Assembly: GCF_018350175.1 (NCBI RefSeq)
Contig: NC_058380.1
Span: 55,552,001-55,616,000, forward strand
Direction: 5' to 3'
Origin: Felis catus
Lineage: Eukaryota
Length of the DNA: 64,000 nt
Below the pieces are notes generated by a model. The model was not told the origin of the DNA. It did no database searches and was given only the letters and a program-made list of their open reading frames with translations. The translations under genes and the position numbers were made by a program. This document shows, in pieces, positions 24,961 through 37,580 of the stretch (its first letter is position 1; each line of letters starts with the position of its first letter).

Positions 24961-25754
24961 GGGCAGGAATCAGACATTTCCAGAGCCAGAGCAGGGAGTT
25001 GAAGTTGCAGGACTCAGAGCTACAGGGAAGTCCTATGTGATGGTGGTCTCTGGAGCTTTCCTACTGGTTCCCTAGGAGAGTCTGGGCTTCTCTTGCTTGC
25101 CCTGGCCCATCTGAACCTTCTGAGAGAAAGGACTAGCCCCAGGGTAGAAGTCAATTAATACCCAGAGTATTTGGGTTCCTGGAGCCAGAGGAGATCATGG
25201 GCCTTGGCTGCCTCCTCCCCTCTAGCCATCTCTTAAACATGGGTGCTTTCCAGGACTCCATCGTCTATCCCTGGGCCATTTAATCCATCTGCAAGCCATC
25301 ACATGCCACCCTGGGCTGTATCTCTAGCCCAGGCCTGTCTATCCCAGGGTGTCCCACAAGCACCTCCAGTTCAGCATGTCCAACTTCCAAACTCTCCTGG
25401 TATATCCACCACCTTCCAATTTCCCCTGCTCCAACACTGAGTCTCCCTTAGGAATTCATCTTCTCCCTGTCCTTGACCTTGACCAGGATGGAGGTAGGGG
25501 ATCTGGGGGAGTGGGGAGGACAAGAACACATTCTTCCTGGCCTTAGCTGGGCTGTTCCAAGGGCCTGTTGTGACCCCTATCTGAGGAATCCTTATCAGCC
25601 AACAGGGGTTTGGCTGGGTCCCTGGAGGACTCAAAGGCTCAGTTCCAGATTTATGGCCTCATCCATGTGCCTGGGTGTACTTGGCTCTGAGCTATGTGTC
25701 TTGTCTCTCTGCCCCTGACCCAGCCTCTGAGCTTCTACACCTCCTACTGGGCCA

Positions 25755-25803
25755 CAGAAGCCCTTGTACACACCCTCCAGAAGCCCTTGTACACACCCTC
25801 CAG
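25755..25803. repeat. Perfect 23-bp tandem duplication (cagaagcccttgtacacaccctc x2)
   Basis: direct reading. Confidence 0.95.
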
Positions 25804-28501
25804 CACCCACCCACTGCCTTGACTCCTGAGCACAGACATAAGGGGAGACCATGAGTTCTGGAAAACTCTTCTTCACCTTGCTTCATCACAGCAAAATGCC
25901 AATGGCAAAACCCAAACCTGAAGCACCTCACTCCTCTGAGCCTCATTATCCCCATTTTACAGACGTGGAGAGTGAGGCCCAGAGAGGTTCAATAACATGC
26001 CAAAGCTTAGTGGGGGCCACTTGAGTGTTTGGGGTTATTTGTTCATTTGGGGTCTTTGTTTTTTGAGTGTTATTTTCACTGTACCTGTATGTTACATATG
26101 CATGCTTATAGGATACATTTCACAATTCAGAAACCAAAAAAAAAAAAAAAAAAAAACTAGCCAAGGTCATATTGGTAAGGACTAAAATCCCTACAGTCTA
26201 CCCCTTACCAAGCCAATCTCCCTAGGCCTCAGTTTCCTTGGATGTAAGATGGGCATGGTGATGTGAGGACCACAAGAGAATATAGAGCAAATACACTGCC
26301 CACATGCCAGGCATAGCTTATTTTATCATCCTAGCAGCCTTGTGAGGTGGGAGCTATTATTATCCTGTCTTACCTAAAGTCATACAGCTTGTGACTGGTA
26401 GAGCCAGCATTTGCATCCAGCCTGGCTGCCCTCATTGTGTTCTTAGGTTCCACAGTACAGGCCCTGCAGCACCCAGGAGGGTTAGGTCATACCTCTTCCC
26501 CACTTCAGGTTCAGCATAGAGGTAGGTACCTTGCCACGGTCAGACTGCACAGCTCTGAGTAGCCATAGCCTCCTCCCACTTGGCATCTGCACCCCAGCCT
26601 GGCCCGAGATGGCTGCTCCTTTCTCTTTCTGGGCTGCAGGATTCCCATCTGAGGGAGGAGACAGACTAGCCAGACCTCGGTGCTGCCTGTAGATGCCTGT
26701 CCCTTGGGGGTCGTGAGTGGGAGTGGGAGAGCAGGCAAGGACAGGGAGTGAGGGGCTCTCCCAAAGCCAGGACCACTAGGCTGAGGACCAAACCTTTACT
26801 TGCAAAGCCTTGGAGTGACCTGGCCTGGGGCTGGGAGTTCTTCCTACCTTACTCTGTCCCCATTTCAACCACAGCCTGAGTTGAGGTGGGGAGAAGCAAA
26901 GTGGGATCATGACATGAGACTTCAAAGTACTGGAAGAAGTCAGAGCTGAGAGGCTCCCCAGACACCAACAAATCCACTCCTCAGTGCACAGATAGGGAAA
27001 CTGAGACCCAGAGAGGGGAAAGGTCCTGTCCAGGTCACACAGCAAGCCTGTGTTGGGCCAAGGCCTGTGAGAGAAGACAGGGCTTCCATGACTCATATCC
27101 CAACCTGGCTCCTAGCATTAAACAGATGTGTCTCCTGCAGCCATCCAGTACTGGAGAGTCCATGTGTGTGTGTTGTGTGTGACAGACAGACAGCAGAGTG
27201 AAGAGCAGGCACCCACAAGGCATTGTGATGCCCACCCCATCCCATCCTACCTCTTTGCTTCCTGCCTGCCTGTCTGCCTGCAGTGAGACCTGCCTCTCTC
27301 CTCCAGAGACATCCCTTGCCTCTGCCCCAAGCCTTGGCCCTACCTCTCCCCTGGGCCTGCCTTGGTTTACCTTACCTACTTGCCTGATCTTATCTGCTTC
27401 TCCTCTTCCCTCCCTTTCTGCACTCCAGTCCAGCAGTGGCCCCTCCATGCTCCCACCTTAGGGTCTTTCAGTGGCCATTTCCACAGCTTGGCATGCTCTT
27501 CTCCCGGGTATCCACACGGCTCACGCCCTCTCCCCCTTCAGGTCTTTACTCAAAGTCACCTCCTCAGGGAGGCCTTTGGTCTTTCCATTCCCACACACTT
27601 CCTATCCCTCTTTCCTGCTTTTCCTCATTAGTATGTATCACTAACATACCATGTTTTGCACAGAATGTCAGCTCTTTGAGAATAAGAACTTAAGTTTCTT
27701 TTTTGTGCCCGTATCCTCTGCCCCAAAATGGTATCTGGCATGTTGTAGAATTTCACCCAACTTCTGCCAAGAGAATGAAAGGGGTCTGTGCATAGAAATG
27801 CTGTGACCATTGTCAGGGCTCATATAAGCCTGACATTGGGATCAGAGTCTACAGCATATTATGGGCATTGGGCCTAGTCATGTCTGTGGCAGAGCAGTAG
27901 ACAGCAGGCAGGTTCTTGATGGACCCACTGACTGCCCTACCTACAAGGCCACCTCCCAAGGACATGAAGATGACAAATGGCTGAAGTGGTCAGCAAGGGG
28001 CATAGGACAATGGGAGCCAGAAGTCTGGGACCCATATATGCTTCTCCCACTTGTGACTGAGGCCTTAGGGTCACTCTACTCTGGAATACTAAGAATGAAA
28101 AAGGCTACACTCCCCATGTTCACAAGGCCACTGAGGCTGAGAGAGGGGTAAGAGGCTTATCCAGGGTCACAGAGGGAGGCAGCTGGCTGGGACTTCCAGA
28201 TGTGGTCCCTTCCCTGGTCACTCCCAGGCCTGGTCCCCTGGCTCAACTTTTCCCACTGTGGGAAGTCAGATATGGTCAAGCCCTTCCCCTTCCTCCCTGG
28301 CCCCCCTGTCATCAGCACATTCCATACCTATCACTTCCTATCACCTATGGCTATTCATCTTTTAAAATATATGATACCTACAAATGAATATATATCACAG
28401 TTATATGTTATAAAACAAAATCATATAACAAACCCATATATTTACCTCCAACATCCAGAACTAGAAAACAGTTCTGGATGTCGGAGGTAAACATGGGATG
28501 A

Positions 28502-28737
28502 NNNNNNNNNNNNNNNNNNNNNNNNNNNNNNNNNNNNNNNNNNNNNNNNNNNNNNNNNNNNNNNNNNNNNNNNNNNNNNNNNNNNNNNNNNNNNNNNNNN
28601 NNNNNNNNNNNNNNNNNNNNNNNNNNNNNNNNNNNNNNNNNNNNNNNNNNNNNNNNNNNNNNNNNNNNNNNNNNNNNNNNNNNNNNNNNNNNNNNNNNNN
28701 NNNNNNNNNNNNNNNNNNNNNNNNNNNNNNNNNNNNN
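28502..28737. other. Assembly gap (236 N)
   Basis: run of n. Confidence 1.
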
Positions 28738-28764
28738 CTGCTGTCTTTTCACTCCCTGCCTTTT

Positions 28765-28960
28765 CTTAAAGATTTTATTTTTTAAGATTAAAATCTTAAA
28801 GTAATCTTTGCTTTGCTTTACTTTACTTTACTTTACTTTACTTTACTTTACTTTACTTTAAAATCGTAAGTAATCTCTACACCCAACATGGGGCTCAAAC
28901 TCACAACCCCAAGATCAAGAGTGGCACACGCTCTACCAACTTAGCCAGCCAGGCATCCCC
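28765..28960 (-). mobile_element. Short old Can-SINE with an inserted (TTTAC)n array (about 28808-28860)
   Basis: aagtaatctctacacccaacatggggctcaaactcac...; pentamer repeat. Confidence 0.8.
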
Positions 28961-30589
28961 ATCCCTTCTTTCGTTTAAAGTAGTTTTAATCACATATGTA
29001 TGCCCAAAGAATATATTCCTTTTTGTTTGTTTTTCAATTATATAACTGGTGTCATACTGTATACAGTCTACTGTATTGCTTTTTATGCTTTCACACTTTT
29101 TCCTTGTTGTTACAGGAAGCTGTCGTGCCTCAGTTTTCACTGATGTATCATGTTCTGTTGTATGTGACTATACGGCAAGGTAAGGATCCACTCCCCTACT
29201 GATGGACATTTGGGTTTGTTTCCAGGGCCCCCTGATCACCCACATTGCACCCCTCCTCAGTCAGACCTCTTCAGGTGCCCTCTCCACATCTCCTAGCCAT
29301 GCTCTCCGAAGACTGTTCACTGACCCTCCTTTCACTATTCCATGGCCCCCATGATATCCACACAACCACGACTTCCCCATTTTTGTCTTGAACTCTCTTC
29401 TGATCTCCAGGACATATTAAAAATATTAAAAGGCATACCTGTTTATTGAGCACTTACTCCATGCCAAGCACTATCCTCAACAATGTACATGTTTTATTTC
29501 ATTGAATATTCACAGCAACGCAAATGGTAAGTTATATTAGACCCATTTTACAAAGGAGAAAACAGAGGCCCAGAGAGGTTGAGTAACTTGCTCAAGATAC
29601 ACAATTCTTACCTCCAGGTCTCATAGGCAACTCAAATTCAACATGTCACAATGTAACTTATCTTCCTCTCCAAACCAGTCTGTCTCCCAAGCGCACTCAC
29701 AGGGGGCACATCTCCAATGCCCCAGGCCCAAGCCAGAAACTGAAGTCAGCCCTGACTCCTGCTGCGTCCTTACCCACTCCTTCTCCCAGTGCTAGCCCAA
29801 GGTCTTATGGCCTCTACCTCAGTATTTCTCAAATCCCCTTTCTCCCATCTGCTGCTCCTCCTGGATTATTGCCTCTCACCACACTCCCTTGCAGGCTCCG
29901 ATCTCCCCCTTTCCCAGCAGCTTGCACCCTGCAGCTCAGGCAGGCTTGCTAAGCCTCATCTCACCACGTCCCCATCTCCAGAATAAAGCCCAGCCTCCTT
30001 GCCTCCATCTCCTCAAACTACAAAGCGCAGCAACCAATCCCAGAAGGGACAACTCATGTCCCCAACTCTGCTCTGCCTCCTCCTCTAGGAAGCCATCCCT
30101 GGCCCCCACCCTGAGACTGGGCTGTGAGCCCCCTCTGAGCTCTGCAGTCCCTTCTCTGATGCTTATCTCCTTCCTCATGATAAATCATCTTCATTACCCT
30201 ACACTCCTCAAAGGCAGAGACCCAGCCTCATCCACGTCAGCATTTCCAGTGCCAAGGCAGGGCCTGCACACAGGAGGTGCTCAATAATTGTTGAAAGGCT
30301 GAATGGACAAACAATGACAGGAACCATGGGTGATGCTGCTTCTGGGCCCCAGAAAGCAGGGTGATTCCTGCTTGATCCCAGAGTGGGTGGGGATGCCCCA
30401 CCTCCACCCAGCTTCTCCGTCTGTCCCCCTGAATCCCATCCCACAAGGCCATTTCCTGTCTCTGCGCCTTTTGTAAGAACTTTCTTCTCTGCATCTTCCT
30501 TCTGACTCTGGAATTCCTTCATGTAGGAGAGTTCTGGCACCAGGAGAAAAAAAGAGGAATCCAATCCCTTACCTGCTTTCAATCTACAT

Positions 30590-30820
30590 TAGGCGTTTTC
30601 AAGGTAGGGGCTGATTTTGCCTCCAAGGGCAAGAACACTGATTCTTGGAAGGGGAAGACGAAAAAAAATCTTACTCTTTTTTCGTATAAAGCACAGATAT
30701 ATATATAAACCAATATATAGTATATCTGTGGTATTAAAATATCATGTGATTAAGAAAGAAAATGTCTAAAAGGCTTTTGAGGGGAGCAATAATGGAAAGA
30801 AATGGTTGAGAAACTCTGAT
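30590..30820. mobile_element. Probable hAT-Charlie MITE relic
   Basis: degenerate termini (ttttcaa... / ...ttgagaaactctg) and AT-rich interior; family uncertain. Confidence 0.4.
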
Positions 30821-31217
30821 CTACATGCTTGGACCTTGCTTTGTCTGGTCCAAGAACTAGCCAGAACTGAGGGAGAGTCTAGAGTCCTTCCCAGGGCATA
30901 TCAAGGTATCCCCAGAGCTATTGTCCTTTCCCCAAAACCATCCCTTCCCTACCCTATGCCTGAAAGTCCACCATTCGGTGTCTGGCATCCTTTAATCTCC
31001 TCCTGTTCCTACTGGGGCCATAGTTTGGCGCTTCCTCCGTCCTCCCCCAGGGTGGGTGCCCCAGCTCCTAACCCTGGAAGGAATTAGAGGCCTCCCAGCT
31101 CTATACTGCAGTCTTGGGCTGCAGCACAACCCTGGAGTTCCTGGAAGAATCCAGGAGGGAAGCCCAACCACAGGAGGCACCCAGGACACGGGGGTGCCGC
31201 TGTGGGACAAGGCTTTC

Positions 31218-31223
31218 TTTATT
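31218..31223 (-). terminator. AQP7 polyadenylation signal AATAAA
   Basis: tttatt on + strand, 31 nt after the stop codon; implies a very short 3'UTR. Confidence 0.8.
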
Positions 31224-31254
31224 GGGGTGGGGATAGGGTCACAAGTCACCTTAC

Positions 31255-31531
31255 TTAGAAGTGCTCCAGGTGGATGGAGTCACTTAAGGGTGGGACAGTC
31301 CGGACTGAAGGTCTGTTGGCAGGAGACACAGAGACAGGGGTGAGGGTCGTAGGTGGGTTTGACATGGTCTTGGGCAACACGGGTATTCTGCGGTCTTCAT
31401 ATTTCATGGAGTTCTCCAGTATCTGGGGCCTCCGTGGGATGCTGGAGCCAATGAAGACCAAGTAGATGATGGCACCTAAGTAGGCACCCAGGAGTGGTGC
31501 CACAACTGGCACCCACCACCAGTCCCTGGCC
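31255..31531 (-). CDS. AQP7: AQP7 last coding exon (ARDWWWVPVVAPLLGAYLG...SIHLEHF*)
   Basis: cctgcag acceptor on - strand; TAA at 31255-31257; TM6 plus AQP7-type tail ending LEHF. Confidence 0.96.
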
Positions 31532-31911
31532 CTGCAGGCAAGAGACAGAGGGACCTGCTGAGAGGGCTGATGCCCGGGACAGCACCTGCATCCACTCAGG
31601 CTGAGACAGGGAGTAGGGGCTGAGAGTAGAGGAGTGACACCTATTCTAGCCCAAGAATTGCCCCTGAGCCTGGGGCCCTGGTTAGCTTCAGCCTGATTCA
31701 GGGATTGAGCTGGTCTAGGACACGATTGACATTCAGTCCAGGAGCAGGATTTATATCAGTGCTGGTCTGGGGGAAAGCAGGGACCCACTCCTGTCTCCTC
31801 AGGCCACCGGGGAGTTCTGCAGGACTGTGGAGCTTCTCACATCACCCCCCACCCCTCCACATGCAGGGAACCCACAGAAAACTGGCAGGGATGGGTTGGT
31901 GAGGGAAGTAC

Positions 31912-32129
31912 CTGAAAACCTGTATACCCCAGCCAGCAATGAAAGTGAAGAAGCGGGGAGGCAGGTCTCGGGATGGGTTCATGGCATATCCTGTGTTCAT
32001 GCCCAGGGATAATCCAATGACAACAATGAGGATGCCAATCACCAGGGCCTGTGTCCCTTGCAGTGCTGGATTGTTCTCCTTGTCCGTGATGGCGAAGAGA
32101 CATAGCTGGAGTATCCCTGTCACTATTAC
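31912..32129 (-). CDS. AQP7: AQP7 coding exon (VIVTGILQLCLFAITD...GYAMNPSRDLPPRFFTFIAGWGIQVFR), second NPA box = NPS
   Basis: caccag acceptor, AG|gtactt donor; 218 bp; NPS-R-D aquaglyceroporin signature. Confidence 0.97.
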
Positions 32130-32325
32130 CTGGTGAGCAGACACTGTGGCAGCCGCCTGGGGCCCTTAGCCAAGTCACAGAGCTTCAGCAATGCCCCCAG
32201 CCCCAACCCACTGGCAGAAACCCCACCCAGAGTTCTTATCCTTTCTATTGTGAGGGCTGCCTGCCAGCCCCCGCTTCCTTAGGTAAGGAGGACTTGAGGA
32301 GGGGAACTCATACTGGATCACTGAC

Positions 32326-32444
32326 CTCATCCAGGAAGCCCCTCCACAATGTCATGTGCTCAGGAAGATAGGTAGCAAAAATGCTAGCGGTAGCTGTGGG
32401 ACCAGTCACTGTCAGATGTCCACCCGAAAATTGGATAATGGCTG
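32326..32444 (-). CDS. AQP7: AQP7 coding exon (AIIQFSGGHLTVTGPTATASIFATYLPEHMTLWRGFLDE)
   Basis: ccacag acceptor, GAG|gtcagt donor; 119 bp; IFATY motif. Confidence 0.96.
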
Positions 32445-32653
32445 CTGTGGAAACACAGACTGAGTGTGAACCTGCCACCAGCTAAACTCTACTGGAGTCC
32501 CAGGAATAAGACTGTAGGACGGAGGGGTGGGGAGCACCTCCAAGGCTTTTTCTCTAGACATTTTCACAGGCCAGGACACTGGGTCTGTATCTGCCCATTT
32601 TTCAGAGGAGGAGGCTGAGGCCAGGGGTGGACAACATAGGGCAAGACACTCAC

Positions 32654-32791
32654 AGTAGAAGAGGCAGTAGATGGTGGCAGAAGCCAGGAAGGAACCCAGA
32701 AACTGACCCAGGATGTATACAGGAAACTTCTTCCAGGACATGCGGCCTAGCGCACAGTTGGTGAAGGTTAAGGCCGCATTCATGTGGGCCC
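32654..32791 (-). CDS. AQP7: AQP7 coding exon (GAHMNAALTFTNCALGRMSWKKFPVYILGQFLGSFLASATIYCLFY), first NPA box = NAA
   Basis: ccgcag acceptor, T|gtgagt donor; 138 bp; NAA is diagnostic of AQP7. Confidence 0.97.
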
Positions 32792-33209
32792 CTGCGGGAA
32801 GGGGCAGAAATGTCAAAGGTGTGAGAGAAGAGACAAACAATAACAACAAATAATACAAAAGCAGCAATAACAATAATAGTAACAGCTAGTATCTATGGAG
32901 TGTACTAATTTAATCCTCACAAGGACCCTACGAGGCAGGGACCTCCACCTCCATTTCACCATTAAGGAAAGTGAGAGAGAAGTTAAATAACTTGCCTAAG
33001 TTGACCCAGCTAGTAACAATGGGGTGTCCAGGGCTCTGAAGAGTCTGGGCAGAGAGGTCAGAAGAAAGAGGTTCAGGGTATTCTCCCTCCTGCGGGCTGG
33101 TGAGAATGGGTTCTGGCGGACTTGCGGAAGGGGCCGGCTAGAGGAGGGCAGGAGCAGTATACAGGGGACACCTGGCCTTGCTGATCAGATGGGGCCCAGG
33201 TTCACTCAC

Positions 33210-33333
33210 CAGAGATGTTCCCTGCCATGTGCACTCCCATGGTGACTCCGAAGCCAAAACCCAAGTTGACACTGAGGTAGCTCCCAAATTTCTCTCCTAG
33301 AACCATATGGGCCACGGAGCCAAGGCCAAACAC
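33210..33333 (-). CDS. AQP7: AQP7 coding exon (VFGLGSVAHMVLGEKFGSYLSVNLGFGFGVTMGVHMAGNIS)
   Basis: tcgcag acceptor, G|gtgagt donor; 124 bp. Confidence 0.96.
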
Positions 33334-34399
33334 CTGCGAAGGAGTGCCTCTGAGGGGACCACCTGTCCAGAAGCCCCAACCTTACAGAAGGGCTCAGGCT
33401 CAGTTTGGGCTCCTCACCCCCATGCCCCAGGCCACCCTGCATTGCTTTTGGAGACCCTCTACCATGCCCTTGTCCTCCAGAAACTTCCTTCCCTGACTCC
33501 CCTTTAAGACCTGACCATTGAGAGTTGGGTGGGGCTGTAAAAGGACCTGGGAGGGCAGTGACAATGTCAGGGGCTCTTAAGGATACACCCTGGCCCCTGG
33601 GCCCCCAGACCACCTGAAGTTCAAGGAAGGGGGCAGGGCTGTGAGGAGGGCATGGCTGGTCTGGATCGAACCCCTCAGAGTATCTCACACTTCAACCTAA
33701 CCTGAAGGAAGTTTCTTCAAGAGATTTCCATACTTCATGCCTGTTCTCTGCCAGGACCCCATCCCCTACACACACACATCAGCCCTGGAAGCTAGTGGGT
33801 GGAGTTCTATTCCTCTTCCCTCCAGCAACATTTCCATTGCTCTCAGGTGTCATTTCTGAACTTCTTGCTCTTGCCCATCCGTAACTGCTGGATCACCTCA
33901 AAAGATAACCCCCTTAATTCCCCCCTTCACAAGGAGATTAGAGGCCTGAAGCTAGGCTCTCACTCAACCTCCTGAAGTTCCCACCAGAATCTATATCTGC
34001 CTTCCCCTTCAGCTCTGGTTCCCATGCCCAGCTTCTCTGTCCCTTTGCAGATACCTTCCTCTTGCCATGACTGGCTCCCACAGACTTGGGACTCTTCCTT
34101 CCTAAAAGTAAACCTTCCTGCCTCAGCCCAGCCTGTCTAGCTATGGACTCCTGGACACCCTGTCCCTGTGTGGGCCAAGCTCTGGGAAAGGACCCATTGG
34201 CTGGCTCCTTTATCCTTTCCCTTGCTCTCCCTCTTCAAACTGGCTCCTGCTTCCACATGTCACAGACATGTGGACAAAGCTCTCTCCAAGGACTCCCACC
34301 TCCTGATTTCTTAAAGATCTCTTCAGTCATTATCCTACTTGACTTTGCTAATTTTGACCCTCTTAACCATTCTGTGCATCTGGAAAGTCCCTCCTTTTT

Positions 34400-34626
34400 N
34401 NNNNNNNNNNNNNNNNNNNNNNNNNNNNNNNNNNNNNNNNNNNNNNNNNNNNNNNNNNNNNNNNNNNNNNNNNNNNNNNNNNNNNNNNNNNNNNNNNNNN
34501 NNNNNNNNNNNNNNNNNNNNNNNNNNNNNNNNNNNNNNNNNNNNNNNNNNNNNNNNNNNNNNNNNNNNNNNNNNNNNNNNNNNNNNNNNNNNNNNNNNNN
34601 NNNNNNNNNNNNNNNNNNNNNNNNNN
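34400..34626. other. Assembly gap (227 N) inside an L2 fragment (about 34320-35560)
   Basis: run of n. Confidence 1.
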
Positions 34627-35599
34627 CCTCTCTATAGTTCCTTCCCACATTCTTCTTCTTTCATCTTCCTCGTGAATATGGATAACCCCAGGGCTCCATC
34701 CTTGGCCCCTTTCACGTCTCCGCAGTCACTCTTCCTGGGTCTTCTTACTAACTCTGTGGCTTCAGATATGCTTGATGCACTAAAACTCCTAAAACCTCCA
34801 CCTAGCTAGGTCCTTATCTTCAAATACCCACTGGGAGTCTGGGTTTTTCAAAGGCATCTCAGGCTCTATGTTGAAAGCTCACCATCTCTCAGAAAATGTT
34901 ATCCTCATCCTATGCTCCCCATCCCAGTCGGCCAAGCCAGAAACTTGGCAGTCACAAATGAGAGCTTCCTTTCTGTCATTCCCCACAACCAGTCAGCACT
35001 GCTTACATTCTATCCCAATCTTATCCAGCCTCTTCCTTGCAGCCAGAGTGACATTTCTAACAGACAAAATCTGATCATGTCTGCCCCTTGTTCAAGCATT
35101 CACTGTCTCCCCTCCATTTCTAGGATAAAGTCCAAACTCAATAGGCCACCATTTAATACCCTGTATAAATTATCCCTTCTGCCTCTCACTTTCATATCTG
35201 CTCCAGTGTTCTCTATTTTCACCAGTAGTGTTACTACTAAATAATAATCATGTATTGAGTACTTACTGTGTGTCAGGCACTTGTAAGCAAGTTATATCTA
35301 TCACCTCCTTTAACCCTTACACTAATTTATATGTTAGGTGCTCTTGTTTTCCCCATTTGACAGATTGTCACCCAAATCCTAGAGAAGTTGAGTGGCTTGT
35401 CCAAGGTACACGTTCTGCACAGAATGAGCCCGGATTTGAATCTAGTCAGTCAGCTGTGCCAAATAACCTCAAGGCAAACAACCACATTGCTCCCTGCGTG
35501 CCTTGCTTTCTCTGCAATTTTGCATGTGCTCTTCCCTCTGCCTGAAATACCTGATCCCAGATTCTGAAAAATCAATACTGTACTTTAAAGTCACATTCA

Positions 35600-35822
35600 G
35601 GAGGCGCCTGAGTGGCTCAGTCGGTTAAGTGTCCGCCTTCAGCTCAGGCCATGATCTCACAGTTCATGAGTTTGAGTCCCGCGTCGGGCTCTGTGCTGAT
35701 AGCTCAGAGCCCGGAGCCCGCTTCAGATTCTGTGTCTCCCTCTGTCTGCCCCTCTGCTGCTTACACTCTGTCTCTCGCATTGTCTCAAAATTAAATAAAC
35801 ATTAAAAATAATAATAATAAAG
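35600..35822 (+). mobile_element. Can-SINE
   Basis: TSD taaagtcacattcag on both sides. Confidence 0.9.
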
Positions 35823-35924
35823 TCACATTCAGATGGCACCTCCTTTGAAAATTCCGTGTATTTTAGATATGTTGTCTCTGAGGGACCTATAGCTATCCAG
35901 GCTGCTGGAAATGGGAGTCTCGAT

Positions 35925-36529
35925 CTGTGTCATCCAATATGATGACCACCAGCCACATATGGCTATTAAGTGCTTAGCATGTGGCTAGTTCAAATTGAGA
36001 TCTGTTCTAAGTGTAAAGTACACACCAGATTTCAAAGACTTATTAGGAAAAAGAGAATATAGAGTATCTTATTAATAATTTTATATCAGGGTGCCTGGGT
36101 GGCTCAGTTAGATGAGCATCTGACTTCGGCTCAGGTCATGATCTCACAGTTTCTTGAATTCAAGCGTCACTTCTGACTCACTGTTGTCAGTGCAGAGCAT
36201 GCTTTGGATCCTCTGTCCCCCTCTCTCTGCCCCTCCCCTGCTTGCACCCTCACTCTCTCTTCTCAAAAATAAACATTTAATATATTTTTTTAATGTTTTA
36301 TTATTTATGTTTGAGAGAGAAAGAGTGAGCATGAGCAGGGGAGGGGAGGGGCAGAGAGAGAGGGAGACACAGAATCTGAAGCAGCTCCAGGCCCTGAGCT
36401 GTCAGCACAGAGCTTGATGTCGGCTCGAACTCACGAACCGCAAGATCATGACCTGAGCCGAAGTCACACGCTTAACTGACTGAGCCACCCAGGCGCCCCC
36501 AAACATTTTTTTTTAATTATACTGATTAC
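35925..36529. mobile_element. MER3-like hAT relic interrupted by two tail-to-tail Can-SINEs (+ 36088-36280; - 36285-36499)
   Basis: tccaatat...agccacatatggctatt...tgtggctagt...tacacaccagatttcaaagactta resembles MER3 and resumes (tgattac) after the SINEs. Confidence 0.8.
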
Positions 36530-36674
36530 NNNNNNNNNNNNNNNNNNNNNNNNNNNNNNNNNNNNNNNNNNNNNNNNNNNNNNNNNNNNNNNNNNNNNNN
36601 NNNNNNNNNNNNNNNNNNNNNNNNNNNNNNNNNNNNNNNNNNNNNNNNNNNNNNNNNNNNNNNNNNNNNNNNNN
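36530..36674. other. Assembly gap (145 N)
   Basis: run of n. Confidence 1.
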
Positions 36675-37580
36675 ATTGTGTTCTAGAGTTTTTGAAAAAG
36701 AAAACCTGGAGAATTGTGGACATGGAGGCTATAGTTGAAGCCATCAGGGAGGATGAAGGTGAGAGGTCAGTTGAGGGCTGAACCTAGAGCTGCACATGGG
36801 ATGGCATTAGAAACCCCAGTTGGAGCAGGTGTTGAAATGACAAAAGAACAAAGGGAGAATGTGCCTTAGACACCAGCAAGAAGCTGACTTTCCCAAGGAG
36901 AGTGTGGTCCCCATGGTCATATGTAGCCTCTGGGTCAAGTGCATGAAGGCCTGAAAAGTATCCCTTTGGATGTGACAGTCCAACAGTCAGTAGTAATGTG
37001 GTGAGCACTGCCTCATCAGGCCATGGGAACAGAAACGGGGTCCCAGAGATTGAGAGGTGAGTGAGTGGTGAAGAAGAGTTGAAGGGTACCTATGTAGACA
37101 TCTGTTTGAGAACCTGCCTGAGAAGGGAGAGAGGAAGAGCATGATAATTGAAGGGGCTCACGGAGGGGAAGAGAGAAATGTTTTGTGTTGTGCTGGTTTA
37201 GGGAGAGAGACTTCAGTATGTTAAAGATGAGAGAGGGAGACGCTGAAGATGGAAGGGAAGGAAAAGGATGGAGCAAAGTACCTGAGTAGACTGGAGGGTG
37301 AGACTGGTGCAGGAGTGGAGGGCTCCACGAGGGAGGGGCCCACCCTTGTCAAGAGGGAGATATGTGGATTCACAGGTAAATGAAGTCTGGTGCTGCAGGG
37401 ACAGGTGGGTGAGGAGCCGGACACAGGAAACCCGCCTGATGGTTTTCTCTGCCAAGCTACAAATCAGCCATTTGCTGATTTAAAAAAAAAAAAAAAAGAA
37501 AGAAAGAAAAGAAAAGAAAAAGAAAAAAGGCAGAGTACAAAGCAGCATTGGGAAAGTCTGAGAAAAAGTGAAATAGCCCA

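Noticed and set aside
31965-32780. Non-canonical NAA and NPS boxes
   Set aside because: Normal, well-known feature of AQP7
34086-34809. ORFs containing X runs (also near 13049, 28408, 36526)
   Set aside because: Artefacts of N gaps
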